64,000 bases of DNA, from contig CAVUMN010000004.1 of the NCBI GenBank assembly GCA_963742735.1, positions 1,056,001 to 1,120,000 on the forward strand. The letters are read 5' to 3'. Position 1 is the first letter of the stretch. Each line of letters opens with the position of its first letter. Of this stretch, positions 9,975 to 20,007 are shown one piece after another. A model generated the notes under the pieces. That model did not search any database. It saw nothing but the letters and a program-made list of their open reading frames with translations, and had not been told where the DNA came from. The position numbers and the translations under genes were made by a program. Source of the DNA: an uncultured Actinomycetes bacterium. Lineage in GTDB: Bacteria; Actinomycetota; UBA4738; JBBDTT01.

Positions 9975-11174
9975 ATGCCCGGCCTGGAGATCGGGATCGA
10001 GCCGGCGAAGGAGCGCTTCGCCTCGATCCCCAAGTGGGGTCTGTTCACCGAGGACCACGACGAGCTGCGCAAGGGGATCCGGCAGTGGATCGAGGGACGC
10101 CTGGCCCCCCACGCCGACGAGTGGGAGCGCGAGCGCGACTTCCCGTACCGCGATGTCTTCAAGGAGGCCGGCGAGATCGGCCTGTTCGGGGCGAAGTACG
10201 AGGAGGCGTACGGCGGTACGGGCCCGGACCTGATCGCCGACGCGGTGATCACCGAGGAGACCGTGCGCTGCGGCGCGGGCGGCGTGGCGGCCGCGCTCGG
10301 CGCGCACAAGGACCTCGGCCCCTACTACGTCTACCGGTTCGGCAACGAGGAGCAGCGGCAGCGGTGGATCGTCCCCGCCATCGCCGGGGAGCTGATCGGC
10401 GCGCTCGCGGTGACGGAGCCGAACGCCGGCTCGGACGTCTCCGCCCTGGCCACGCGCGCCACGCGGGACGGTTCCGACTGGGTGCTGAACGGCACCAAGA
10501 CGTTCATCACGAACGGCTCGATCGCCGACTACGTGGTGGTCGCGGCGAAGACCGACCCCGACGCGGGACACCAGGGCCTGTCGCTCTTTGTCGTTCCCGG
10601 GGACGCTCCCGGCTTCGCCCGTTCGCGGGTCAACACCGTCGGGTGGCGGACCAGCCACACCGGCGAGCTCCACCTGGACGAGGTGCGCATCCCCGCCGAG
10701 CACCTGCTGGGGGAGGAGGGCCGCGGCTTCTACCACATCATGGGCAATTTCCAGTGGGAGCGGATCGTGATGGCCCTCGCCGCCGTGGCGGCGGCGGACC
10801 TCACCCTGGCGAACGCGATCGCCTATGCGAAGGATCGTCACGCGTTCGGCCGCCCCGTCGCGAAGTTTCAGGTGTGGCGGCATCGATTCGCCGACCTGGC
10901 CACGGACATCGAGGCGGCCCGCAGCCTGACCTACAGCGCGCTGCGCAAGATCGTCGCCGGCGAGGACGCCACGAAGGACGTGTCGATGGCCAAGTGGTAC
11001 TCGACCGAGCTGGACTGGCGCGTGGCCGACGAGGCCCTGCAGGTCCACGGTGGGTACGGCTTCATGATGGAGTTCCCGGTCCAGCGGGCCTGGCGCGACT
11101 CCCGTCTGGGCCCCATCGGCGGCGGGACGACCGAGATCATGAAAGAGGTCATCGGGCGTCTGATGGGTCTGTAG
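9975..11174 (+). CDS. Acyl-CoA dehydrogenase (tandem paralogue)
   Basis: 'AVTEPNAGSDV', 'NGTKTFITN', 'HGGYGF', 'IGGGTTEI'. ATG at 9975, 2 nt after the upstream stop. Confidence 0.95.
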   Translation: MPGLEIGIEPAKERFASIPKWGLFTEDHDELRKGIRQWIEGRLAPHADEWERERDFPYRDVFKEAGEIGLFGAKYEEAYGGTGPDLIADAVITEETVRCGAGGVAAALGAHKDLGPYYVYRFGNEEQRQRWIVPAIAGELIGALAVTEPNAGSDVSALATRATRDGSDWVLNGTKTFITNGSIADYVVVAAKTDPDAGHQGLSLFVVPGDAPGFARSRVNTVGWRTSHTGELHLDEVRIPAEHLLGEEGRGFYHIMGNFQWERIVMALAAVAAADLTLANAIAYAKDRHAFGRPVAKFQVWRHRFADLATDIEAARSLTYSALRKIVAGEDATKDVSMAKWYSTELDWRVADEALQVHGGYGFMMEFPVQRAWRDSRLGPIGGGTTEIMKEVIGRLMGL

Positions 11175-11268
11175 TGACCGGCTCGTCCCCGCCCGCTCCG
11201 TAGCCCCCCGTAGTTACAACGGGCTATTTCCCGCTCGCGCACTTGGCCTGCTCGGGGGTTGCGCCGAT

Positions 11269-13542
11269 ATGCAAATTGTGACCACCGCGGCCCCCTCACG
11301 CCCTCGTCCTGACCATGCCGGCCTGAACCCCCGGCGGCTGGGCGACGCCCTGCTCCGCAGGCGCCCCGGCGAGGAGCGGCCCTGGCCGGTCCGGGCCTCG
11401 CGGGCCTGGGGCGTGGTTCTCATCCTGGCCGGCGGCGTCGTCGTCGCCGAGTCCGTGGCCCTGTCCGGCGGCCCCGACGGCCGGCCGCCCACCCTGCTCG
11501 GGGGCGCGATCGGCCTCATGGCGGGACTGCTGGCCTGGGGACTGGCGAGGCGGCATCCCTCCGACCGGCTGGTGGCCTGGCTCCCGGTCATCGGGCTGTT
11601 CCTGATCATGATCGACAACGTCGCCGACTCGCCCGCCGGGATGTGGACCGACGGCTACCTCCTGGTGTTCGTGTGGACCGGGCTGTGGAACCCGCGCGGC
11701 ACCTCCCTTCGGATCGCGCCGCTGGCCGCGGTCGCGCACCTCGCCCCGCTGTATCTCAACGGCGCGACCGGCAAGCTCGGCACCGTCGCCGGGGCGCTCG
11801 TGATCTGGGTGGTGGTCGGGGAGACGCTGGCCTGGGCCACCTCCCGGTTCCGCGAGACGGAGGGGCAGTACCGCGCCGACCGCGTGCGCTCGGACGCGCA
11901 GCTTCGCCGCCAGGCCCGCGAGCTCGAGGCGCTCCACGAGACCACCCTCGGGCTGCTGGACGAGCTCAATGCCGGCGACATCCTGCAGGGCACCGCCCGG
12001 CGCGCCGGGGCGCTCCTCAACACCGAGCACGCCTACGTCTACGTCGTCATCCCCGGGACCGAGGAGCTGGAGGTCCGCGCCGGCACCGGGGTCTTCGCGC
12101 AGGACGTCGGGTTCCGGCTTCACAAGGGCGACGGCCTGGCCGGCCGGGTGTGGGAGACCGGCGTGGCCCGCGCCGTCGACGACTACGGCCAGTGGTCCGG
12201 CGGACGCAAGGAGTTCGCGCAGCTCGGTCCGGTCATCGCCGCGCCGATGCGCCAGGGCGCGGACATCGTCGGGGTGATCGGCGTGGCGGCAACCCAGCCC
12301 GGACGGTTCACCGACGAGGACGTCGAGCTCGTGGCGCAGTTCGCCCGCATGGCCACCCTGGCCCTCAAGCACGCCCGGCTGCTGGACGCCGCCGAGCGCC
12401 GCCTGCTCGACAGCGTCCGCGCCCAGGCCGCGATCCGCGACTCCGAGCGGCGGTACCGGATGCTGTTCGACAGCAACCCGCACCCGATGTGGGTGTACGA
12501 CCGGGAGACCTACCGGTTCCTGGCCGTGAACGACGCGGCCATCCGGCACTACGGCTATCCGCTCGAGCAGTTCCTGGCCATGACCATCCTGGACATCCGC
12601 CCGCCCGACGAGGCCCCGGCGCTGATGGAGCGACTGGTTCGCCTGGACGAGGACGACGAGGCGCGCACCGCCCAGTGGGTCCATCGCACGCGAGACGGAA
12701 GCCTGATCGACGTCGAGGTGACCGCGCAGGCAATCACCTTCGGCGACCGGCCGGCGCGGATCGTGCTGGCCACCGACATCACCGACCGCAAGCGCGCCGA
12801 CGAGGCGCTGCGCTCTGGCTACGAGCGCGAGCACCAGGCCGCCGAGCGCCTGCGCAAGGTGGACGAGATGAAGAGCCACTTCCTGAGCGCGGTCTCCCAC
12901 GAGCTTCGGACGCCGCTCACCTCGGTCCTCGGCTACTCCGAGACCCTCCGCAAGTGGGGCCCGCAGCTGGCCGAGGCGGATCGCGACCAGATGGCCGAGC
13001 GGCTCTCGGCCAACGCCCGCAAGCTGGACACCCTGCTCGGCGACCTGCTCGACGTGGACCGGATGGCGCGCGGCATCCTGGAGCCCAACCGGAAGAACAC
13101 CGACGTCGGCGGGCTCGTCCGCGGCGTGGTCGAGACCGCCGACTCGCTCGGTTGGCGCCGGGTCCACGTGCAGGCGCCGCCGATGGTCCTGAAGGTGGAC
13201 GCCCCCAAGGTGGAGCGCATCGTGGAGAACCTCCTGGCCAACGCGGTGCGGCACACGCCGGCCGGCACCGAGCTGTGGGTGAAGGCCACCCGCGTCAACG
13301 CCGGGGTCGTCATCGCCGTCGAGGACGCGGGCCCGGGCATCGCGCCGGAGGTCCGGGCGAGGATCTTCGAGCCGTTCGAGCAGGGTCCCGACCGGGTCGA
13401 GCACTCGCCCGGCGTCGGGATCGGCCTCTCGCTGGTTGCCCGGTTCGCCGAGCTGCACCGGGGGCGGGCCTGGGTCGAGGAGCGCCCGGGCGGCGGGGCT
13501 TCGTTCAAGGTGTTCTTGCGGGAGGCCCCGGCCGGCGCCTGA
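11269..13542 (+). CDS. Membrane GAF-PAS sensor histidine kinase
   Basis: N-terminal TM helices, GAF, PAS ('FDSNPHPMWVYD'), H-box 'SHELRTPLT', N box 'NLLANAVRH', G boxes 'DAGPGI' and 'GVGIGL'. Start codon uncertain. Confidence 0.93.
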   Translation: MQIVTTAAPSRPRPDHAGLNPRRLGDALLRRRPGEERPWPVRASRAWGVVLILAGGVVVAESVALSGGPDGRPPTLLGGAIGLMAGLLAWGLARRHPSDRLVAWLPVIGLFLIMIDNVADSPAGMWTDGYLLVFVWTGLWNPRGTSLRIAPLAAVAHLAPLYLNGATGKLGTVAGALVIWVVVGETLAWATSRFRETEGQYRADRVRSDAQLRRQARELEALHETTLGLLDELNAGDILQGTARRAGALLNTEHAYVYVVIPGTEELEVRAGTGVFAQDVGFRLHKGDGLAGRVWETGVARAVDDYGQWSGGRKEFAQLGPVIAAPMRQGADIVGVIGVAATQPGRFTDEDVELVAQFARMATLALKHARLLDAAERRLLDSVRAQAAIRDSERRYRMLFDSNPHPMWVYDRETYRFLAVNDAAIRHYGYPLEQFLAMTILDIRPPDEAPALMERLVRLDEDDEARTAQWVHRTRDGSLIDVEVTAQAITFGDRPARIVLATDITDRKRADEALRSGYEREHQAAERLRKVDEMKSHFLSAVSHELRTPLTSVLGYSETLRKWGPQLAEADRDQMAERLSANARKLDTLLGDLLDVDRMARGILEPNRKNTDVGGLVRGVVETADSLGWRRVHVQAPPMVLKVDAPKVERIVENLLANAVRHTPAGTELWVKATRVNAGVVIAVEDAGPGIAPEVRARIFEPFEQGPDRVEHSPGVGIGLSLVARFAELHRGRAWVEERPGGGASFKVFLREAPAGA

Positions 13543-13549
13543 ATCCCGC

Positions 13550-13957
13550 TCAGCCCTCCGTTCGGTAGCGCGCGAACGCGGCATACCCGATCACGACGGC
13601 GAGGATCCCGTACATCCACGGGTCGGTCGAACGACCGCCCAGGTTCCGATCGATCAGGTGCGAGACGAAGTGCGTGACCGCGGCGGCCGTGGCTCCCCCG
13701 AGGGCCACCAGGAGCCCGTCGCGGAACACCAGCGCCAGCAGCAGGGTCACGCCGAGGCCGATCAAGAACGCGCCGAGGTCGTGGATCAGGTGCTGGTTGT
13801 ACGGGGGGAACTTCGCGAAGTCCGCGAAGGACCGCGGGGCGAGGAACGCCCACAGTCCGAGGGCGGTCGTCGTCACGCCGGCGGCCGCGGCGATGGTCCG
13901 CGCCGCTCGCTGGCCCCGGCTCGCTGCGTGCCTGCCCGCTCCCATCGGCTCCCGCAC
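13550..13957 (-). CDS. Small four-TM membrane protein
   Basis: AAGGAGG RBS before GTG. Sequence 'GLWAFLAPRSF...PPYNQHLIHDLGAF' with hydrophobic helices. Confidence 0.75.
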   Translation of the reverse strand: MREPMGAGRHAASRGQRAARTIAAAAGVTTTALGLWAFLAPRSFADFAKFPPYNQHLIHDLGAFLIGLGVTLLLALVFRDGLLVALGGATAAAVTHFVSHLIDRNLGGRSTDPWMYGILAVVIGYAAFARYRTEG

Positions 13958-14059
13958 GGTTCCTCCTTGAGGTCGATGACGAGGTGCCCATCTTCCCTCA
14001 GGCGGCGCCCACCCCCCGCCCCATCCCGAGGAACCCCTCGCCTGATAGCTTCTCCGCCG

Positions 14060-15586
14060 ATGAACGTCGCGATACTGGGCGAGCAGAACGTCGAGAAGTT
14101 CGGCGAGTACAGCGTCATTCACTTCGAGGGTCGCGACTACCGCAACACCGAGATGCTGGCCGACGGCCATCGGCTCGGGAACGCACTGCGCGACCTGGGC
14201 GTCGGTCCCGGCGACCGCGTCGCGGTCATGCTCCCCAACGCCCTCGAGGTCTTCCAGTCCTACGTCGCGATCGGCTCGCTCGGCGCCGTGGTGATCCCCG
14301 TGGTGTTCCTGCTCGCCGTCCCCGAGGTCCGCCACATCGTGGACGACGGGAAGCCGAAAGTCCTGATCACCAGCCCCGAGTTCTTCGGCAACGCCGCGCA
14401 GGCCGTCGAGGGGCTCGAGGACGCGCCGGTCATCCTGGTCTCCGGTGGCGACGCGCCGGAGGGCGCGCTCAGCCTCGAGGCCCTGCGCGACGCGGCCTCG
14501 CCCGACCTCGAGGTCGTGGACCGCGCCGACGACGACCTCGCGGTGATCATGTACACCGGCGGGACGACCGGGCGCCCCAAGGGCGTGATGATCACCAACG
14601 CGAACCTGTACTGGAACGCGACCACCCTCGCCGAGACCATCAAGATCGAGGCCGGGGACGTCGGGCTGCTCGCCCTGCCCATGGCGCACCTGTTCGGGAT
14701 GATCTCGGTTATCACCGCGCAGGTCCTCGGGGTCAAGGGCGTCCTGCTGAAGTGGTTCACCGCCGAGGGCGTCCTCCAGGCGATCCAGGACCACAAGGTC
14801 AACTACATGCCGATGGTCCCGACCATGATGACCTATCTGATGTCCGTGGAGAATGTCGAGGACTACGACCTCACCTCGCTCAGCAAGGTGTTCGCCTCCG
14901 CGGCGCCGGTGCCGGTCGAGCTCGCTGAGGCGTTCGGCAAGCGCTTCGACTGCGAGGTCGTCGAGGCGTACGGACAGACCGAGGCCGCGCCGGGCCTGAC
15001 CGTCGAGCGGCCCGGCGGACTGAAGAAGGCCGGGTCTGCCGGCCCGGCGCTGCCGGGGGTCGAGCTCCGCCTCGAGGACGACGACCACCACGAGGTCGAG
15101 ACCGGCCAGCTCGGGGAGATCGTCGCGAGAAGCCCCGGGATCATGCAGGGCTACTACAACCTGCCGGAGGCCACCGAGGACACCCTGCGCCACGGCTGGC
15201 TGCATACCGGCGACATGGGCTACATCGACGAGGACGGCTACCTGTTCGTCACCGAGCGAAAGAAGGACCTCATCATCCGCGGCGGGTTCAACGTCTACCC
15301 CCGCGACATCGAGGAGCTGCTCTATCAGCACGCCTCGGTGGCCGAGGCCGCCGTCGTCGGCAAGCCCGACCCGACCATGGGCGAGGAGGTCGTGGCGTTC
15401 GTCGTCCTGAAGCCGGGCGCGGAGGCTACCGAGGACGAGCTGCTGGCGTTCTGTCGCGAACACCTCGCGAAGTACAAGACGCCCAAGGAGGTCATCTTCA
15501 CCGACGCGCTCCCGAAGAGCCCGATCGGAAAGATCCTCAAGAAGGACCTCCGGGCGCGTTTCGACGCGCAGGCGGAGAACGCCTGA
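14060..15586 (+). CDS. Long-chain fatty-acid--CoA ligase (AMP-binding)
   Basis: 'YTGGTTGRPKG', 'YGQTE', 'GWLHTGDMG', 'LPKSPIGKILK'. Confidence 0.95.
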   Translation: MNVAILGEQNVEKFGEYSVIHFEGRDYRNTEMLADGHRLGNALRDLGVGPGDRVAVMLPNALEVFQSYVAIGSLGAVVIPVVFLLAVPEVRHIVDDGKPKVLITSPEFFGNAAQAVEGLEDAPVILVSGGDAPEGALSLEALRDAASPDLEVVDRADDDLAVIMYTGGTTGRPKGVMITNANLYWNATTLAETIKIEAGDVGLLALPMAHLFGMISVITAQVLGVKGVLLKWFTAEGVLQAIQDHKVNYMPMVPTMMTYLMSVENVEDYDLTSLSKVFASAAPVPVELAEAFGKRFDCEVVEAYGQTEAAPGLTVERPGGLKKAGSAGPALPGVELRLEDDDHHEVETGQLGEIVARSPGIMQGYYNLPEATEDTLRHGWLHTGDMGYIDEDGYLFVTERKKDLIIRGGFNVYPRDIEELLYQHASVAEAAVVGKPDPTMGEEVVAFVVLKPGAEATEDELLAFCREHLAKYKTPKEVIFTDALPKSPIGKILKKDLRARFDAQAENA

Positions 15587-15697
15587 GCGTCGAAATCACG
15601 GATGAGGTTGCCACCCCCCGGCGAGGGCCGGTACGCTCCGCCCCGACCTTTGCCCGGCTACCGGCCTGCGCAGCGCAGCCCAGCTGGAGGACGCGGT

Positions 15698-16723
15698 TTG
15701 ACCGTCAGCAGAGCCAAGACTCGACTTCCCCTGCTGATCGCCTCGGTGCTGATCGGCGTGGTCATGGTCGTCCCGGTTCGGGCCGACACCGCCGACGACC
15801 TCGCGGCCGCGAAGAAGCGCCAGGCCCAGGTGCAGGCCGAGCTCAACCGCGCGACGGCGGCGCACCAGGCCGCCGTCTCCCGCTACGAGAAGACGCAGGA
15901 TCAGATCGCGGCGACCCTGAAGTCGATCGCGGCAACGGAGAAGAAGCTCCACCGGCTGCGTCAGGGGCTCGCCCAGCGTGCGCGCGACGCCTACGAGCGG
16001 GGCGCGGCCGGCACCCTCGACGTGCTGCTGACGTCCTCGAGCTTCAGCCAGTTCTCCGACCGGGTGCAGTACCTGGACCGGATGTCCGAGGGCGACGCGG
16101 ACCTGATCATTCTGGCCAACGTCACCAACGAGCAGCTGTCCCGCCAGCGGGCCGACCTGGAGAAGCTCTCGAAGGCGCAGGCCTCCGCCGCCGCCGAGGC
16201 CGCCGCACAGGAGGCGAGCATCGCCTCGCTGTTCCGCGAGGCCGAGGCGCTGGTCGACAAGCTCGACGCCACGCTGCGGGCCGAGCGTCAGCTCTCCAAC
16301 TTCATCGACGTCATCCAGGGCTCCGGCCTCAACGCGTGTCCGGTCAACGGCCCGCGCGCCTTCGGCGACGACTACGGGAACCCGCGCTCGGGTGGCCGAT
16401 CCCACCAGGGCAACGACATCCTGGCGCCGTACGGCACGCCGGTCGTGGCCGCGCAGCCCGGTCGGTTCGAGGGCACCTACAACTCGCTCGGCGGCACGTC
16501 GGCCTACGTGTACGGGGACGGCGGCGACCTCACGTACTACGCGCACCTGTCCGCCTACGCGGGCGTCGGTAGCGGCTCCCACGTCGACGCCGGCCAGGCC
16601 ATCGGCGCCGTGGGCGACTCCGGGAACGCGTCCGGCGGCCCGCCGCACCTGCACTTCGAGTACCACCCCGGCGGGGGCGGGCCCACCAACCCGTATCCCT
16701 ACCTCAGGGCCGTCTGCGGTTAG
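15698..16723 (+). CDS. Secreted coiled-coil M23 peptidase (murein hydrolase/EnvC-like architecture)
   Basis: GGAGG RBS + TTG, signal peptide, long coiled coil, M23 motifs 'HQGND', 'YAHL', 'PHLHFE'. Confidence 0.9.
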   Translation: MTVSRAKTRLPLLIASVLIGVVMVVPVRADTADDLAAAKKRQAQVQAELNRATAAHQAAVSRYEKTQDQIAATLKSIAATEKKLHRLRQGLAQRARDAYERGAAGTLDVLLTSSSFSQFSDRVQYLDRMSEGDADLIILANVTNEQLSRQRADLEKLSKAQASAAAEAAAQEASIASLFREAEALVDKLDATLRAERQLSNFIDVIQGSGLNACPVNGPRAFGDDYGNPRSGGRSHQGNDILAPYGTPVVAAQPGRFEGTYNSLGGTSAYVYGDGGDLTYYAHLSAYAGVGSGSHVDAGQAIGAVGDSGNASGGPPHLHFEYHPGGGGPTNPYPYLRAVCG

Positions 16724-16761
16724 GTCTTTCAGGGGCCGCGCTCGCGGCCGATAATCCAGGG

Positions 16762-17587
16762 GTGGATCCGGTGGTGATCACGGTCGCTCCCGTCGGAGGC
16801 GAGCTGTCGCGAGACGAGCAGCCGCATCTCCCGCTGACCCCCGACGAGATCGCCGAGGAGGTCGCGCGCGCCGCGGAGGCCGGCGCCTCCATCGTCCACG
16901 TCCACGCCCGCGACGAGCGCGGCGCCCCCAGCCAGCGCGCCGAGCATTTCGTGCCGATCCTCGAGGCCATCCGGGCCCGGACCGACATCGTGATCCAGAC
17001 CTCGACCGGCGGGCTCCGTCGGGATGACGGAGGCCGAGCGGGCCGAGCCACTCACCCTGGACCCCGAGATGGCCACCCTGACCACCGGCACGGTGAACTT
17101 CGGCGCCGAGGTCTTCGAGAACCCGCCTCAGCTCATCGAGCGGTTCTTCGCCGAGATGCGCGAGCGGGGGATCGCCGTTGAGTTCGAGTGCTTCGACGCC
17201 GGCCACGTCGACGCGGCGGTGGGGCTGGTCGAGCGCCACGACGTGGAGGCGCGCCACCTGCACTTCGACTTCGTCCTGGGCGTGCCCGGCGGGATGCGGG
17301 GGAGCCCCGAGGCGGTGGCGTTCATGGCCTCGCTGCTTCCCCCCGGAGCCACGTGGACGGCGACGGGGATCGGGCGGACCCATCTGCCGGTGACCCTGGC
17401 GGCCATCGCCCTGGGCGGGCACGTCCGTTCCGGCTTCGAGGACAACATCTACTATCGGAAGGGCGAGCTGGCCACCTCGAACGCGCAGCTGATCGAGCGG
17501 GTGGCGCGGCTGGCCGCGGAGTCGGGCCGAGGGGTCGCCTCGGTCGACGAGACGCGAGCGATGCTGGGTCTGGAGGGAGCGCCATGA
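16762..17587 (+). CDS. Beta-keto acid cleavage enzyme (3-keto-5-aminohexanoate cleavage, DUF849); frameshift near 17010
   Basis: 'VITVAPVG..LPLTPDEIA..GASIVHVHARD' in one frame; 'TGTVNFG', 'GGHVRSGFEDN..NAQL' in the next. One extra G in ggcggg breaks STGGSVGM. Confidence 0.88.
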
Positions 17588-18138
17588 GCGAGCGGGTACG
17601 GATGGGCGGGAACCGGCGGATCGACCACATCCTGGACCCGGAGTTCGTCCAGGGCCTCCAGGACCTGGCCACCGAGGAGCTCCGCCGCCGGCGCGACCTG
17701 ACCCGCGCCGAGCTCGAGTACCTCTCCTACTTCCGGCGCCTGCTCCAGGTCCGCCAGGACATCCTGTCGGCCGAGCGCGACCGCCGGGCCTCCGGCGGGG
17801 ACGCCGTCCCGGTCGTGGACCGGCTGTCCGAGATCCTGTCCGAGGGCTCCTCCGGAGCGGGCGGCTCGCGCGGGCAGTACCTTTCGCTCGAGGTCCCCGA
17901 CGAGGAGATCCAGCTGGCCCGCCGCGGCGCCGAGGCCCTGGTCGCCGACGCGCAGCTCTCCGACCTGGAGGCGTTCACGGACGAGGGCCTCGGCGAGACG
18001 ATCGACCGGCTCTCGAAGAACGAGACCGAGGTCTCCGAGGACCGCGGGGCCGTGTTCAAGGTCCACGACGCGCTCCAGGAGGAGCTGAAGGAGCGCTACC
18101 GGACCGACCTCAGTCAGGTGCCGTCGGAACCCCGATGA
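17584..18138 (+). CDS. rsiG: RsiG/AmfC-like c-di-GMP-binding anti-sigma factor
   Basis: Two helices resembling ExxxSxxRxxxQxxxD: 'LEYLSYFRRLLQVRQD' and 'ETEVSEDRGAVFKVHD'. N-terminal 'GGNRRIDHILDP'. Confidence 0.72.
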   Translation: MSERVRMGGNRRIDHILDPEFVQGLQDLATEELRRRRDLTRAELEYLSYFRRLLQVRQDILSAERDRRASGGDAVPVVDRLSEILSEGSSGAGGSRGQYLSLEVPDEEIQLARRGAEALVADAQLSDLEAFTDEGLGETIDRLSKNETEVSEDRGAVFKVHDALQEELKERYRTDLSQVPSEPR

Positions 18139-18165
18139 AGATCGAACAGCGCGCCCCCTCGCTCC

Positions 18166-18897
18166 GTGTCCCCCGAGCTCGAGTCCGTCCAGCGCCAGCT
18201 CGCGGTCTTCGCCAAGGAGCTCAACGTCCTGTACCGGCAGGAGCGCCAGCGTTCCTCGGAGCTGCAGCGGGCCCTGGAGCAGCTGCGGGCGGCCCACCTG
18301 GCCACCATGAAGACGCTCGCGTTCGTGGTCGAGGCCAAGGACGCGAACACCCGCGGGCACCACGACCGGACGCATCGGTACGCGGTGGCCCTCGCGAAGC
18401 TCGTCGACCCCTCGCTGGGGGAGCGGCCCGAGCTCGAGTACGGGTTCCTGCTCCACGACGTCGGGAAGGTCGCCGTCCCCGAGCACATCCTGAACAAGGA
18501 CGGGCCCCTGACCCCCGCCGAGTACGAGGTCATGAAGACCCACACCCTGCTCGGCGCGCAGATCGTCGCCCCGATGGAGTTCCTGGGCGAGGCCGTGGAG
18601 GTGATCCTGAACCACCACGAGCGCTGGGACGGCGAGGGCTACATGAAGGGCCTGAAGGGGACCGAGATCCCGATCAGCGCGCGGATCTTCTCGGTGGTCG
18701 ACGCGTTCGACGCCATGACCAGCGACCGTCCGTACCGCAAAGCGCTGACCCTCGACCACGCGGTGTCGGAGATCATGGCCGGCTCCGGCCGGCAGTTCGA
18801 CCCGGAGGTCGTCGAGGCGTTCACGATCCTGGTGGCGGGGATGGACTCGCTGGCCGTCGCCGCGCCCCAGTCGATCGGGATGTCGCCGCCCGCGTGA
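18166..18897 (+). CDS. HD-GYP domain phosphodiesterase
   Basis: 'EAKDANTRGH', 'LLHDVGK', 'HHERWDGEGYMKGL', 'DAFDAMTSDRPYR'. Confidence 0.92.
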   Translation: MSPELESVQRQLAVFAKELNVLYRQERQRSSELQRALEQLRAAHLATMKTLAFVVEAKDANTRGHHDRTHRYAVALAKLVDPSLGERPELEYGFLLHDVGKVAVPEHILNKDGPLTPAEYEVMKTHTLLGAQIVAPMEFLGEAVEVILNHHERWDGEGYMKGLKGTEIPISARIFSVVDAFDAMTSDRPYRKALTLDHAVSEIMAGSGRQFDPEVVEAFTILVAGMDSLAVAAPQSIGMSPPA

Positions 18898-18919
18898 GCG
18901 GACGCTAGGCTCGCCCCAC

Positions 18920-19894
18920 ATGGCTCGGTCCGCACGGCTCGTCGAGGTCGTGCGCTCGGGGTTCGCCGAGTCCGTCCACCGCGGCTCGGTGGCGGTGGCC
19001 GACCCCGACGGCAACCTGGTGGCGTGGGCGGGACAGCCCGAGGCCCGCGTGCACGCCCGCTCGTGCATGAAGCCCCTGCAGGCCGCCGTGTCACTCTCGC
19101 TGATCGAGGACCCGCTGTCGGACCCGGAGATCGCGGTGATGTGCGCCTCGCACAACGGCGAGCCGCAGCACATCCAGCAGGTCGAGGCGATCCTTCGCCG
19201 GGCCGGCCTGGGCTCGGAGCACCTGCGGTGTCCGTCGGCCCGGCCGATGGACCCCGAGCTCGACCGGAGCGCGAGCGGGCCGGACCGGCGCTATCACAAC
19301 TGCTCCGGCAAGCACGCGGGCATGCTCCTGGCGTGCGCCCGGCAGGGCTGGGAGCTGGAGACCTACCGGTCCCCGGACCATCCGCTCCAGCAGCGGGTGC
19401 TCCAGGCCGTGCGGCAGGCGGCCGGGGAGGAACCGACGGTCGGGGTCGACGGGTGCGGCGTTCCCGTGCACGGGATCACCCTGCGGGCGATGGCCACGAT
19501 CTTCGCGCGGCTGGCCAACCCGGCCGCGCTCGGCGAGCTCGCCGGCCCGGCCAGGCGGGCGGTGGCGGCGATGCGGGCCCAGCCGTACCTGGTCGCCGGT
19601 CGCGACCGGCTGGACACCGACGCCATGGCCGCCGTGCCGGGGCTCGTGGTGAAGTCCGGAGCGGAGGGGCTGGGCTCGGCCGCGCTGCTCGACCGGAGCC
19701 TGGGGATCGCGGTGAAGATCGACGACGGCGGCCACCGGGCCGTCCCCCCGGCGCTGCTCCGCACCGTGGAGGGCGTCGGCGGACTGGATGCCGAAACCCG
19801 GACCCGCCTGGAGCGCTACGCCGAGCCGCCCGTCATGGGCGGCGACGAGCGGGTCGGCTCGCTCGTCCCGGCGTTCGAGCTCGAGCGCGCCTGA
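18920..19894 (+). CDS. L-asparaginase II family (Rhizobium AnsA-type)
   Basis: 'ESVHRG', 'RSCMKPLQA', 'ASHNGE', 'HNCSGKHAGML', 'GVDGCGVP', 'KSGAEG'. Confidence 0.92.
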   Translation: MARSARLVEVVRSGFAESVHRGSVAVADPDGNLVAWAGQPEARVHARSCMKPLQAAVSLSLIEDPLSDPEIAVMCASHNGEPQHIQQVEAILRRAGLGSEHLRCPSARPMDPELDRSASGPDRRYHNCSGKHAGMLLACARQGWELETYRSPDHPLQQRVLQAVRQAAGEEPTVGVDGCGVPVHGITLRAMATIFARLANPAALGELAGPARRAVAAMRAQPYLVAGRDRLDTDAMAAVPGLVVKSGAEGLGSAALLDRSLGIAVKIDDGGHRAVPPALLRTVEGVGGLDAETRTRLERYAEPPVMGGDERVGSLVPAFELERA

Positions 19895-19918
19895 CCCGTA
19901 TCTGCCGCCCGCTCCCTC

Positions 19919-19952
19919 TGCTTGCAGCTGTTATCTATTTCGCTTGCAAGTG
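19919..19952. promoter_or_regulatory. Putative operator of the XRE regulator (GCTTGCA repeats)
   Basis: tGCTTGCAgc and cGCTTGCAAG (CTTGCAAG palindrome) in an AT-richer intergenic stretch upstream of the HTH gene. Confidence 0.45.
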
Positions 19953-20007
19953 TTTAACACTCTTGGTAGGCTGGGTAGGTACGTTGGTGGGAGGAATCGA
20001 TGGTCAG

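Noticed and set aside
15587-15697. Possible c-di-AMP (ydaO) riboswitch upstream of the M23 peptidase
   Set aside because: The region is too short and lacks the GGGGAA and CCCGTCAGCTAAC conserved elements.
16990-17030. Programmed ribosomal frameshifting in the split genes
   Set aside because: No slippery heptamers or stimulatory structures; the indels mostly sit in short G/C runs, typical of sequencing error.
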